The notes beneath the pieces are model-generated. The model worked only from the letters and a program-made list of their open reading frames with translations. It was not told where the DNA came from and made no database searches. From Candidatus Omnitrophota bacterium (GTDB lineage: Bacteria; Omnitrophota; Gorgyraeia; B26-G9), in NCBI GenBank assembly GCA_043806135.1, contig JAZDHG010000016.1:42110-106109 (forward strand): DNA of 64,000 nt, given 5' to 3'. Positions 29,330 through 39,411 of this stretch are shown piece by piece. A program made the translations under genes and the position numbers. How positions within the stretch are numbered: position 1 is the first letter of the stretch; each line of letters starts with the position of its first letter.

Positions 29330-31357
29330 ATGGGAGTTGAGCAATATAGAACATTATTTGTTGCCGAATCTGAAGAGCATTTGCAAATAATAAATAATGC
29401 TGTACTTGTTTTAGAAAAAGACCCTCAGAATACAAAAATTTTAAACGAGATTTTCCGCAGTGTACATACTTTAAAGGGCATGTCGGCCACGATGGGGTTT
29501 GAGGCTCTTACAAAATTGACCCATAAGATGGAAGACGTCCTTGATATCTTTAGAACCCAAAAGATCGCTGTTGCTATAGAGGTTGTTGACAGCTTGTTTG
29601 ATTGTTTGGATATGCTCCAAATGCTGCTGGATGAGATAAAACAGGAAAAGGATTTAAAATTAGATGTTGATGAGATTATTGTCCGGCTTGAGAGTGTCAT
29701 TCCTTCAATCTCAGAGATAAAACAGGCTAAAGTAGAAGTAAGGAAAGAAATATGTTTGACTTCTTTGGAAAAGCAAAACCTGAGCAGTGTATTTGCCGAC
29801 CGGAAGTCAAAAATTTATGTAATAGAGATATATCTTAGCGCTGATTGTCAGTTAAAATCAGTGCGGGTTTTTATGATTTTTCATAAGCTTGAACAAATCG
29901 GTGAAGTCATAAAATCTGCCCCTTCGATCGAAGATATGGAAATGAACCGGCTGGGACAGGTGTTTTCCCTGCTGTTTTTGAGTAGCTTATCAAAGAAAAA
30001 GATTGAAGAAGTCTTGAAGATGGTAATGGAAGTTGAAAAGGTCGTTGTAAATCATATTTTGGATATAGATGAGTTGCCGGAGGAAAAGAACAATACCCTT
30101 GAAACTAATGTCACCTTGGCTGTTAATAAAAACAAGGCAGAAGACGCAGCGCAGCAGCTAAGCTTTAAAAAAATACAAAGCATCAGGGTCAGTACGCAGC
30201 GACTGGATAAGCTTATGAATTTTGTCGGGGAGCTGGTAATATCCAAAATTCGCCTTATGCAGATTGCCAAGACGTATCAGCTTAAGACATTAAATGAGAT
30301 TTTGACGAGTATAGACCGCCTGACCAGTGATTTGCAGGATGAGGTAATGCAGGCTCGCCTTATACCTATGTCTCAGGTTTTTGACCGCTTTCCGCGAATG
30401 GTAAGGGATCTTGCGCGCAGTGAAAAAAAACAGATCAATCTGGAAGTTACGGGCGGAGAGATAGAGCTTGATAGAACGGTCCTTGATGAAATAGCTGATC
30501 CATTGGTGCATCTTTTGCGAAACAGCATTGATCATGGGATTGAATTGCCGCGGGATCGCAAGGCAAAGAATAAAAGCCTGGTGGGCACAATAAAGTTGTC
30601 TGCTTTGAGAGAACGGACATATGTGTTGATACGGGTCTCTGATGACGGTAAGGGGATCAATCCGAACAAATTGCGTAACATCGCTGTAAAGAAGGGGTTT
30701 ATGGAGGAAGAAGAAGCTAGTAAAACAAGCGATATGGATATGCTTAATATCATTCTTCTTCCAGGATTCAGCTCCGCAACAGAGATAACAGATACCTCAG
30801 GCCGCGGAGTAGGCATGGATGTTGTAAAGACAAAAGTAGAATCTTTAGGCGGAAGCCTTGTGTTTGATTCCGAGGTTGACAAGGGAAGCAATTTTAACTT
30901 AAAACTGCCGCTTACAGTTGCTATTATCAAAGCAATGCTCGTGAAAGTGAATAATGAGATTTATGCTGTTCCGATAGCAAATATTGCCGAAACAGTAAAA
31001 GTTAAAAAGAGTAAGATCAAACATATAGAAAAATTTGAAGTAATAAATTTGCGTAATGAAGTTCTTCCATTGCTTCGTTTGGGAAACGCTTTGAAAAGCC
31101 TGGATTTTAATTCCTTACAAAATGATGATGAGGCTCAGGCAAAGGAGCAGAAGGAAGATCAAGAGACCGCTATCGTGGTTGTGGAGAGCGGTACGAAAAA
31201 AGCAGGACTGATTGTGGACCAGGTATTAGGACAACAGGAAGTCGTTATAAAATCAGTCGGAACTTTCTTAAAGGGGATCAAGGGATTTGCAGGGGCAACG
31301 ATATTGGGGGACGGAAGAGTGGCATTAATCCTTGATGTTGCCACTTTAATTGGTTAG
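29330..31357 (+). CDS. cheA: Chemotaxis histidine kinase CheA
   Basis: 675 aa with an Hpt domain (HTLKGMSATMGF), a dimerisation domain, an HATPase domain (DDGKGIN, GRGVGMDVV) and a C-terminal CheW-like domain. Confidence 0.9.
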   Translation: MGVEQYRTLFVAESEEHLQIINNAVLVLEKDPQNTKILNEIFRSVHTLKGMSATMGFEALTKLTHKMEDVLDIFRTQKIAVAIEVVDSLFDCLDMLQMLLDEIKQEKDLKLDVDEIIVRLESVIPSISEIKQAKVEVRKEICLTSLEKQNLSSVFADRKSKIYVIEIYLSADCQLKSVRVFMIFHKLEQIGEVIKSAPSIEDMEMNRLGQVFSLLFLSSLSKKKIEEVLKMVMEVEKVVVNHILDIDELPEEKNNTLETNVTLAVNKNKAEDAAQQLSFKKIQSIRVSTQRLDKLMNFVGELVISKIRLMQIAKTYQLKTLNEILTSIDRLTSDLQDEVMQARLIPMSQVFDRFPRMVRDLARSEKKQINLEVTGGEIELDRTVLDEIADPLVHLLRNSIDHGIELPRDRKAKNKSLVGTIKLSALRERTYVLIRVSDDGKGINPNKLRNIAVKKGFMEEEEASKTSDMDMLNIILLPGFSSATEITDTSGRGVGMDVVKTKVESLGGSLVFDSEVDKGSNFNLKLPLTVAIIKAMLVKVNNEIYAVPIANIAETVKVKKSKIKHIEKFEVINLRNEVLPLLRLGNALKSLDFNSLQNDDEAQAKEQKEDQETAIVVVESGTKKAGLIVDQVLGQQEVVIKSVGTFLKGIKGFAGATILGDGRVALILDVATLIG

Positions 31358-31415
31358 GTTTATTTTTCATAATAATCTTAATCATTGATTTTTAACTCTT
31401 AAGGAGGGAAACAAA

Positions 31416-32012
31416 ATGGCTGAGTTAACAGATGTTCAGCTGGATGCGTTACGTGAAATGGGTAATATCGGAGCAGGAAATGCGGCAACAGCACTTTCTC
31501 AGCTGATTAGCGAAACAATTGAGATCAGTGTTCCGTCTGTAAAGGTTGTGCCTTTGGATAACGTATCATATGTACTTGGCGGTCCTGAGAGGCTTGTTTA
31601 TGTTGTATATCTTGAAGTCCTCAGAGAAATGAATGGGACCATGTTGACTATTTTTTCACCGGAAAGCGCGGCTTTTCTGACGAAAAGGCTCTTAGGAGAA
31701 GATACGGTTGATATGCAAACCGAGATAGCCCAGTCAGCGCTAAAAGAGGTCGGATCTATTCTGTGCGGTTCCTATATTAGCGCCTTGACGCAGGTAGTTG
31801 CAATGCATGCTGTGGCAAGTGTTCCGGCCATGGCTAATGATATGCTCGGAGCAATGCTTAATTTTATTCTTGTAGAGATCGGGCAAGTTGCTGATGAAAT
31901 TTTTCTTATTAATGTAGAATTATTTGTTGCGAATACAAGGCTGGAATGTTCGCAGCTGTATTTGCCTAAGCCAGATACCTTGGAGGCTGTGCTTGCTGCG
32001 CTTGGCATGTAA
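31416..32012 (+). CDS. Second CheC/CheX-family protein
   Basis: EMGNIGAGNAATALSQLI motif; 198 aa. Confidence 0.7.
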   Translation: MAELTDVQLDALREMGNIGAGNAATALSQLISETIEISVPSVKVVPLDNVSYVLGGPERLVYVVYLEVLREMNGTMLTIFSPESAAFLTKRLLGEDTVDMQTEIAQSALKEVGSILCGSYISALTQVVAMHAVASVPAMANDMLGAMLNFILVEIGQVADEIFLINVELFVANTRLECSQLYLPKPDTLEAVLAALGM

Positions 32013-32027
32013 GAGAGGAACTAAAGA

Positions 32028-34190
32028 ATGAAAATTAAATCGGATTTTGTTTTTTCTTTAGATATCGGAACGCGTAAGGTGGTAGGTATTGTTGCAGAAA
32101 AAACAGAGGATAAATTAAAGATTATTGATGTTGAGATCGTTGAGCATCAAACAAGAACAATGCTTGACGGCCAGATACATAATATAAATGAAGTGGCCAA
32201 GATCGTAACAGCTATTAAAGAGAGTCTTCAAAAGAGGCTGGCTGTAGAGTTTCGGGATGTGGGAGTAGCTGTTGCCGGGCGGGCGCTTAAGACAATTAAG
32301 GCAAAGATTGAAAAAGAACTTTCCCTAAACGAAGAGATTACCGAAGACGCTGTCCGCAATCTTGAGCTAGAGGCGGTAAGCAGTGTTTTAAATAATGCAG
32401 AGAGTGATTTCGGAAGCGGTGATTTTTATTGTGTCGGTTACAGTGTGGTATATTATGAACTGGACGGGGCACGAATCGGAGACTTGTTAGGTCATTTCGG
32501 CCGCAATATGTCAGTTGAGGTGATAGCAACATTTTTACCCCGCGTGGTCCTAGACAGTATGCTTAGTGTTTTACGCCGCGCAGGGCTTGAAATAATTAAT
32601 CTTACCTTAGAGCCGATAGCAGCAATAAATGCTATTATTCCTACAGATATCCGCAGGTTAAATCTTTTACTATTAGATATCGGTGCCGGTACATCAGACA
32701 TTGCTTTGACAAAGGACGGGACTGTTTTTGCTTATGGTATGGTTCCGGAAGCAGGCGATGAAATAACTGAATTTTTGTGTGAAAAATTTATTATTGATTT
32801 CAGAACGGCAGAAATTATTAAAAAGCAGCTATTAAGACAGCCAAAGGTGTATTTTAAAGATATTCTCGGGCGCGAACATAATGTTGAATCACAGGAAATT
32901 ATTAATGCGATCCGTCCTCGTGTAAATAAACTTGCAGAGTCTATAGTACGTACTGTGCTTGAACTTAATCAAAAAGCACCTCATGCCGTGGTTTTAGTCG
33001 GAGGAGGAAGTCTTACGCCTCTATTTGAAAAGGAGCTTGCCGTAAGCTTTCCTATGAAGGAAGAAAATATCGGGATAAGATTACCGGAGATGATCCATGA
33101 AGTGGTAGATAAGACAGGAAAGCTTAAAGGGCCGGACATGGTAACGCCGATTGGTATTTGTATTATGACCGCTAGATCCACGGGATTAAAGTTTATCGAT
33201 TTACATGTTAATGATAAACGGGTCAATGTACTTGATATGCAGCAAAATCTTGATGTGCTGAGTGCCCTAGTTGCTGCCGGAGTTGATAAAATGAAGCTGT
33301 ATGGTAAAATAGGCCATGCTATTTGCGTAGAGGTAAACGGCCGTTTAAAAGTGATCCGGGGGCAAATGGGGAAGCCGGCACAAATAAAACTTAATGATCA
33401 GAAGGCTGATTTAACAACAAAGGTTAAGACTGGAGACAGGATATTTTTTGAAGATGCGGAAAACGGACATAATGCACAGGGGAAAATAGCTGATGTTGTG
33501 GAGATTGAAACGGTCAAGGTTACGGTCAATTCGCAGCAAGTTGAGGTCAGTCCTCAAATTTTTATGAAGGGAAATGTCGTAGCTCCCGATACCGAGCTTA
33601 CAGACCGTGCTACTATTGGATATAAAGAAGATGTCAGGGTAAGAGATATATTAGCGGCGATTAATATTGATGCTAGTTCTCTTCAAGAACGGGAAATTGT
33701 AGTTCGTGTAAATAAAGAGCCGAAGGTATTGTCGCAGAGCAGTTTTTTACTGCTTGTCAACGGGAAAAGGTCAATACTGGATTCAACCGTCCCCAATGGA
33801 AGTATCATTGAGTTTAAACAGGACCAGACGTTCTTTTATAAGATAAAAGATATCGTTGAGCTTCCGTCCGCTGCCAAAAGTATAGAAGTTATTTTAAATG
33901 GGAAAAAACAAGTTATACCGGGAAATGAGGGAAAAATTTTTATGAATGGACAGCAGGTAAACCCGGATGAATTTATAATTGACAGGGCTGAGATTATTAC
34001 GCGGCCTCCGGAAAAAGTTCCGCCAACAGTTTCTCAGGTGCTTGAGAACCTTGAGCTGAATTTAGACGAGCAAAAAGGGAAGCTTATGAAAATCACGGTT
34101 AACGGACAATCTGCCGGTTTTACGACGCCTTTATCTGAGGGGACAGACATTACGATTAAATTTATTGAAAGGGAAGATCTGATCAGTTGA
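32028..34190 (+). CDS. FtsA/PilM-like actin-fold (ASKHA) ATPase fused to a C-terminal array of ~5 tandem beta-grasp (ThiS/MoaD-like) repeats
   Basis: The N-terminal ~390 aa carry FtsA-like motifs (FSLDIGTRKVVGIV, LLLDIGAGTSDIAL, VVLVGGGSLTPLFEKELA). The C-terminal ~330 aa contain repeated ~65-aa modules with the pattern V-V-(V/L)NG....(V/I)......GD-I-F. Confidence 0.6.
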   Translation: MKIKSDFVFSLDIGTRKVVGIVAEKTEDKLKIIDVEIVEHQTRTMLDGQIHNINEVAKIVTAIKESLQKRLAVEFRDVGVAVAGRALKTIKAKIEKELSLNEEITEDAVRNLELEAVSSVLNNAESDFGSGDFYCVGYSVVYYELDGARIGDLLGHFGRNMSVEVIATFLPRVVLDSMLSVLRRAGLEIINLTLEPIAAINAIIPTDIRRLNLLLLDIGAGTSDIALTKDGTVFAYGMVPEAGDEITEFLCEKFIIDFRTAEIIKKQLLRQPKVYFKDILGREHNVESQEIINAIRPRVNKLAESIVRTVLELNQKAPHAVVLVGGGSLTPLFEKELAVSFPMKEENIGIRLPEMIHEVVDKTGKLKGPDMVTPIGICIMTARSTGLKFIDLHVNDKRVNVLDMQQNLDVLSALVAAGVDKMKLYGKIGHAICVEVNGRLKVIRGQMGKPAQIKLNDQKADLTTKVKTGDRIFFEDAENGHNAQGKIADVVEIETVKVTVNSQQVEVSPQIFMKGNVVAPDTELTDRATIGYKEDVRVRDILAAINIDASSLQEREIVVRVNKEPKVLSQSSFLLLVNGKRSILDSTVPNGSIIEFKQDQTFFYKIKDIVELPSAAKSIEVILNGKKQVIPGNEGKIFMNGQQVNPDEFIIDRAEIITRPPEKVPPTVSQVLENLELNLDEQKGKLMKITVNGQSAGFTTPLSEGTDITIKFIEREDLIS

Positions 34191-34507
34191 GAAGAACTTA
34201 TTGTAAAGGCAAAGAAATCTGAGTTTGCCACAGAGAGAAATAAATAGCATAATTTTCAAAATAAGTTTATGCAATAAAAAGAATTAGCGAGCATCATTTG
34301 TTTGATGCCGCTGTTTTTTTATACAGCAGAACCGGCATTTGCGGGCTTTTCTTTTTAAAATATAAAATATAAAATCTAAAATCCTGCAAATTGTTGCCCC
34401 CGTTAGAGAAAGCCAACGATTTTAATCGGTAGTGGAATATATTTTATAAAGCCGACGCTGGTTTAAAGCCATCTTCGGCGTATACCGCTGGCTAGAATAG
34501 AAAAATT

Positions 34508-34540
34508 GGTTCTTTCTTGTTTAAGTTGAACGAAAGAACC
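34508..34540. repeat. MITE-like palindromic hairpin repeat, copy 3 of 4
   Basis: GGTTCTTTCTTGTTTAAGTTGAACGAAAGAACC followed by TGATTGCACCGATT. Confidence 0.6.
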
Positions 34541-34802
34541 TGATTGCACCGATTAAAAGCCCGATTACGCTGATATACTAATAGAAATTAATCCGTTGTA
34601 ATCTTTTAATAATCTGTGTAATCATGGGGCATGCTTAGTTGGTTCTAATAACTTGCAAATCATTAAGTTATAGAAAACGATTCAACTTAATTAAGAATGA
34701 CCCAAAAATTCTTCATAACGGGGGTAAAAACGAAGAACTCTTACGGAGTTGACTATGCCGTTTAAATAAGCTATTATATGAGACTATATACAAGGATAAA
34801 AT

Positions 34803-36794
34803 TTGATGAAAAAACTGGTTATTGTAGAATCCCCGACAAAAGCAAGAACAATCAGCCGTATTTTGGGCAAAGAATTTGTTGTATATTCTTCCATGGGTCA
34901 TATTATTGATCTGCCGAGGCGCAAAATCGGCGTTGATATTGATGATAACTTTGGTCCTACTTATGTAGTCATCCCGGGGAAAAAGAAAATTCTCACACAG
35001 CTTAAAAAGGAAGTAAAAAATTCAGATATTGTTTACCTGGCCACTGATCAGGACAGAGAAGGAGAGGCAATAAGCTGGCATTTAAGAGATAGGCTGCAGG
35101 ACAAGAAGAGAAAGCTTGAATTCCTTAGGGTTATTTTTCATGAAATAACACCACAGGCGATCAAGGAAGCTTTTGCGGCTACAGAGAAGATTGACGAAAA
35201 TAGAGTAAATGCGCAGCAGGCAAGGCGAATTTTAGACAGGATAGTGGGATATTTTTTGAGTCCCCTGCTTTGGAAAAAAGTGGCAAAAGGATTAAGCGCA
35301 GGGCGTGTACAATCCGTTGCGTTAAAATTGATCGTACAAAGAGAAAGACAGATACTAAGCTTTATTCCGCAGGAATACTGGAAAATTGAAGCGCTGCTTA
35401 AAAGAAAAAAAGAAAAATATGAGGAGCTTACCGCTGAGCTTATTAAATATGAAAATAAAAAAATTGATTTAAAGAACGAAGTGCAGTCAAGCGGTATAAT
35501 CGAGGCATTACAAAAAGAGGACTATATAGTATCTTCTGTAAATAAGAAGGAAAAAAAGCGCAATCCATACCCTCCTTTTATTACTAGCACTTTACAGCAG
35601 GATGCTTTTAATAAGCTTAAATTTACCACGCGAAAGACAATGATGATCGCTCAGCAGCTTTATGAAGGAGTAGAGCTAGGCGATGAGGGGCCCATAGGTC
35701 TTATAACCTATATGCGTACAGATTCTGTGCGTATTGCGGATATTGCCTTAAATCACATACGCAAGTTTATCAGTGACCATTATGGCGCAAAATATCTTCC
35801 GGCAAAACCGCATGTATATAAATCAAAGAAATCAGCACAGGAAGCGCATGAAGCTATCCGTCCGACTTCAATTGAGCGCAGGCCCCAGGAACTGGAAAAG
35901 CACCTAAGCCCTGATCAGTATAGGCTGTATGAGCTTATATGGAAAAGGACTATGGCCAGCCAGATGAAGGCTGCTGTATATATGACAAGCACTATCGAGA
36001 TTGCAGCCGGTAAATACCTTTTTTCCCTTTCCGGATCGATCCTTATTTTTGATGGCTTTTTGAGAATATACCAGGAAGAGGGCAAAGAAAAACTTAAATT
36101 GATCCCTGATGTGGAGAAAGGGGAAAAACTTGAGCTGCTGAAATTGATCCCCTCACAGCATTTTACGCGACCGCCGGCAAGGTACTCTGAATCCTCGCTG
36201 GTAAAGGATCTGGAAGAAAAAGGCATAGGACGGCCGAGTACTTATGCGCCTATTGTGCATACGCTTATTATGCGTAATTATATTCGCAGGGAAAAGGGAT
36301 ATTTGACCTGTACTGAATTGGGGATGAAGGTAAATGATATTTTGGTCGAGTATTTCCCAAATATTATCAATATTACCTTTACAGCGATAATGGAAGAGGA
36401 GCTGGACAAAGTAGAAGAAGGCAGTATGAAATGGGACCAGGTTTTAAAGGATTTCTATATTCCGTTTAAGAAAAAGCTTGCCTACGCACAGACAAATCTG
36501 AAAAAAGAAGTTATTGAAACCGACCAAAACTGTGAGCAATGCGGCAGACCGATGGTTATTAAATGGTCGCGTACCGGAAAGTTTTTGAGCTGCTCCGGAT
36601 TCCCTGAATGCCGCAATGCAAAATCAATATCCTCAGGGGTTAAATGTCCGAATCAGGATTGTGGCGGGGAGCTGATTCAGCGTAGTTCAAGGCGGGGAAT
36701 GCGTTTTTACGGATGTAGTAATTATCCGAAATGTACTTTTTTATCAAAAACACTTCCTAAAGAAGATGGAACTGCTGAAGATGAAGCTCAGTAA
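34803..36794 (+). CDS. topA: DNA topoisomerase I
   Basis: 663 aa with a Toprim N-terminus (LVIVESPTKARTI), the catalytic Tyr region, and three to four C-terminal Cys4 zinc ribbons. Confidence 0.92.
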   Translation: MMKKLVIVESPTKARTISRILGKEFVVYSSMGHIIDLPRRKIGVDIDDNFGPTYVVIPGKKKILTQLKKEVKNSDIVYLATDQDREGEAISWHLRDRLQDKKRKLEFLRVIFHEITPQAIKEAFAATEKIDENRVNAQQARRILDRIVGYFLSPLLWKKVAKGLSAGRVQSVALKLIVQRERQILSFIPQEYWKIEALLKRKKEKYEELTAELIKYENKKIDLKNEVQSSGIIEALQKEDYIVSSVNKKEKKRNPYPPFITSTLQQDAFNKLKFTTRKTMMIAQQLYEGVELGDEGPIGLITYMRTDSVRIADIALNHIRKFISDHYGAKYLPAKPHVYKSKKSAQEAHEAIRPTSIERRPQELEKHLSPDQYRLYELIWKRTMASQMKAAVYMTSTIEIAAGKYLFSLSGSILIFDGFLRIYQEEGKEKLKLIPDVEKGEKLELLKLIPSQHFTRPPARYSESSLVKDLEEKGIGRPSTYAPIVHTLIMRNYIRREKGYLTCTELGMKVNDILVEYFPNIINITFTAIMEEELDKVEEGSMKWDQVLKDFYIPFKKKLAYAQTNLKKEVIETDQNCEQCGRPMVIKWSRTGKFLSCSGFPECRNAKSISSGVKCPNQDCGGELIQRSSRRGMRFYGCSNYPKCTFLSKTLPKEDGTAEDEAQ

Positions 36795-36851
36795 AAAGTC
36801 AGCCGTAAAACAATATAGGATCTCTCAAAAATAATTGGGGTAACCGGTAAT

Positions 36852-37733
36852 ATGGAACGATATATCGATAAGTTCTTGAATTATTTAAAAGTAGAAAAAG
36901 ATGCATCAGTGCATACCTTGATAAATTACAGCGTTGATTTGAAAGAGCTTGCGCAGTTTTTGAATAACCGGGAGCTTAAAACAATAGATGTTTTTGATGT
37001 CCGAAAATTTCTGGTTACGCTGCGGCAAAAAGGGTTTAAAAAAGTTACAATTGCACGTAAAATGGCCTGCCTCAGGTCTTTTTTTAAATTTTTAACCCGT
37101 GAAGGACATCTAAAAGCAAATCCGATGATCGGACTGGTTGGCCCGAAATTAGAAAAAAAACTGCCTTTATTTTTGGGTGAAGATGATATTGTGAAGCTTT
37201 TAGAAACGCCTGATGTTGCTGATGCTGCCGGATTGCGTGATAAAGCGATACTTGAGACATTATACAGCACCGGCATACGCGTAAGCGAGCTGGTGGGCTT
37301 AAGCGTAGAGGATATCGACTTTATTTCCGGGATTGTAAGAGTTTATGGTAAGGGCAAGAAGGAGAGGCTGGCGCCTATTGGTGATAGAGCGTTAAGGGTT
37401 ATCAAAAATTACTTAAAAAAGCGCAAAAAAGGCATAGGGACTTCTGATCGTGCGGTGTTTTTGAATAAGGACGGACGCAGGCTTACGGACCGCAGTATTC
37501 GCAATATCGTTGAAAAATATATAAAAGTTGCCAGTATTAGGACTGATATATCACCGCACAGCTTAAGACATTCGTTTGCCACGCATCTTTTGAACAGAGG
37601 GGCTGACCTGCGTTCAGTTCAGGAATTACTGGGCCATGCCAATTTATCCACAACGACTATATATACACATCTTTCCACGGAAAGACTTAAAAATGTTTAT
37701 GACAAGACGCATCCAAGGGCAAATAAAGAGTAA
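36852..37733 (+). CDS. xerC: Tyrosine site-specific recombinase XerC/XerD family
   Basis: 293 aa with the RHRY catalytic residues (HSLRHSFATHLL, LGHANLSTTTIYTH). The position after topA is common for xerC. Confidence 0.8.
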   Translation: MERYIDKFLNYLKVEKDASVHTLINYSVDLKELAQFLNNRELKTIDVFDVRKFLVTLRQKGFKKVTIARKMACLRSFFKFLTREGHLKANPMIGLVGPKLEKKLPLFLGEDDIVKLLETPDVADAAGLRDKAILETLYSTGIRVSELVGLSVEDIDFISGIVRVYGKGKKERLAPIGDRALRVIKNYLKKRKKGIGTSDRAVFLNKDGRRLTDRSIRNIVEKYIKVASIRTDISPHSLRHSFATHLLNRGADLRSVQELLGHANLSTTTIYTHLSTERLKNVYDKTHPRANKE

Positions 37734-37962
37734 GTAGCGAGTAACAAGAAAAAACCGAAGCCCGAAGGACGAGGGAAGAAGGACGCAATTTCAAGTAAAA
37801 AGTTAAAAGTAAAAAACAACAAAATAAGTTATAAATTACTAGTTATAAATTATGAGTGAAAAACAGAAAAACAAAAACAGCGGAAAGCATCTATTGTAGA
37901 GCGTATAGTTTTTTTACTCAATGCTCGATGTAAATTAAGATTAGTGCCTTTTGTGATTTTTT

Positions 37963-38068
37963 GAAGCAACTATTAGTAACCCCTATTAACTGTTGGTAAC
38001 TTGTAATTAGTAACCAGTAACTCATAACTCGTAATTCGTAACTAGTAATTAGTAGTAACTAGTAACTA
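37963..38068. repeat. GTAAC/GTAAT tandem heptamer and phased repeat array ending 4 nt before the kdtA start codon
   Basis: GTAACCA GTAACTC ATAACTC GTAATTC GTAACTA GTAATTA GTA GTAACTA GTAACTA. The 5' part is near-identical to the element at 16105-16158. Confidence 0.65.
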
Positions 38069-38072
38069 TCCC

Positions 38073-39350
38073 ATGACTCTATTATTTGATTTTATTTATT
38101 TGCTGTTAGCATTTTTTTATCTTCCGTCACTGCTTTTTAAAGGAAAGCGCCGGATAGGATTAAGGCAGCGTTTTGGCATTTATCCGAACCTCATTAAAAA
38201 AGCACTCAAAGAACATGATAATTTTGTCTGGGTGCATGCGGTTAGCGTGGGAGAGATGAAGGCAGCGGCACTGCTTATAAGGCAATTGAGAAGTTCGTTC
38301 CCCGGCGTTCGATTTGTTATCTCTACGATCACGCCTACCGGAAATACGGTTGCAAAACAGATAGCAACCAAAGAGGATATTGTTATATATTTACCCTTTG
38401 ATCTAAGCATTATTGTCAACAAGACACTTTCCTTAATAAACCCGAAAATGCTCATAATTTTGGAGACAGAACTTTGGCCGAATATGATCTGTATTGCCTC
38501 TAGAAAAAAAATACCGGTAGTTATTGCCAACGGCCGTATTTCCGACGGAGCGTATCCGAAATACAAAAAACTTTCTATTGTTTTCACTCCGATAATCAAA
38601 AGAATAACTTTGCTATGCATGCAAAGCGAAAAAGATGCGCAGAGAATCATTGCCCTTGGGGCAAGGCCCAAAAACGTTCAGGTTGTCGGTAATATTAAGT
38701 TTGATCAGGTGGGGGAAGCTTTTTCTAAAGAATTGCCTGAGCTTAAAACTAATAAAAACGAGTTATTGATCATAGCAGGCAGCACGCATGATAATGAAGA
38801 AGAGATGCTCGCAAGAGTATTCATAAAGCTTAAGCAAGTGCATCATGATATCCGCCTGCTTATAGCTCCCCGTCATCCTCGCCGCGCTATTGAGGTCGAG
38901 CGGGTATTAAGTAAATACGGCTTAAGCAGTAAAAGCATGAGCCGGATAATGCAGGAAGGGCTGCAGGTAGGACCTGAGGATGTCCTGGTGCTTGATATCA
39001 TGGGTGTATTGGCTCAAGTTTATAAATCAGCTGATATTGTTTTTATGGGGGGCAGTCTTGTTAAGCACGGAGGGCAGAACCCCATTGAGCCGGCACTTTG
39101 CTTTAAGCCGATCGTATTCGGGCAATATATGTTCAACTTTCGTGAGATAGAAAAGCTTTTCCTGTCGGAGAAAGCAGCGGTTTCAGTGGATAGCGAAGAG
39201 AGGCTGATGCGCTGCCTGGATGAACTTATCCGCGATAAAGGCAAAAGAGAAAGTCTGGCGGCTAATGCCCAAGCTTTAGTTTCGAAAAATCAGGGCGCTG
39301 TAAAAAGGATTGTAGAACTCTTGAAAGAGAAGGAACTGCTGCTCAAATAA
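38073..39350 (+). CDS. waaA: 3-deoxy-D-manno-octulosonic acid (Kdo) transferase
   Basis: 425 aa with an N-terminal membrane anchor and the WVHAVSVGE motif characteristic of KdtA/WaaA. Confidence 0.85.
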   Translation: MTLLFDFIYLLLAFFYLPSLLFKGKRRIGLRQRFGIYPNLIKKALKEHDNFVWVHAVSVGEMKAAALLIRQLRSSFPGVRFVISTITPTGNTVAKQIATKEDIVIYLPFDLSIIVNKTLSLINPKMLIILETELWPNMICIASRKKIPVVIANGRISDGAYPKYKKLSIVFTPIIKRITLLCMQSEKDAQRIIALGARPKNVQVVGNIKFDQVGEAFSKELPELKTNKNELLIIAGSTHDNEEEMLARVFIKLKQVHHDIRLLIAPRHPRRAIEVERVLSKYGLSSKSMSRIMQEGLQVGPEDVLVLDIMGVLAQVYKSADIVFMGGSLVKHGGQNPIEPALCFKPIVFGQYMFNFREIEKLFLSEKAAVSVDSEERLMRCLDELIRDKGKRESLAANAQALVSKNQGAVKRIVELLKEKELLLK

Positions 39351-39411
39351 AAATTTTTTAATTACAATGTTAACTAAAAAATATATAATGGTTAACAATA
39401 GAAGGAGTTTT

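Noticed and set aside
36852-37733. XerC-like tyrosine recombinase as the integron integrase for the cassette array
   Set aside because: It is 293 aa, the length of canonical XerC/XerD, and lacks the extra IntI-specific segment. It sits in the conserved post-topA position, 5 kb away from the array, and is separated from it by housekeeping genes (kdtA, rlmN).
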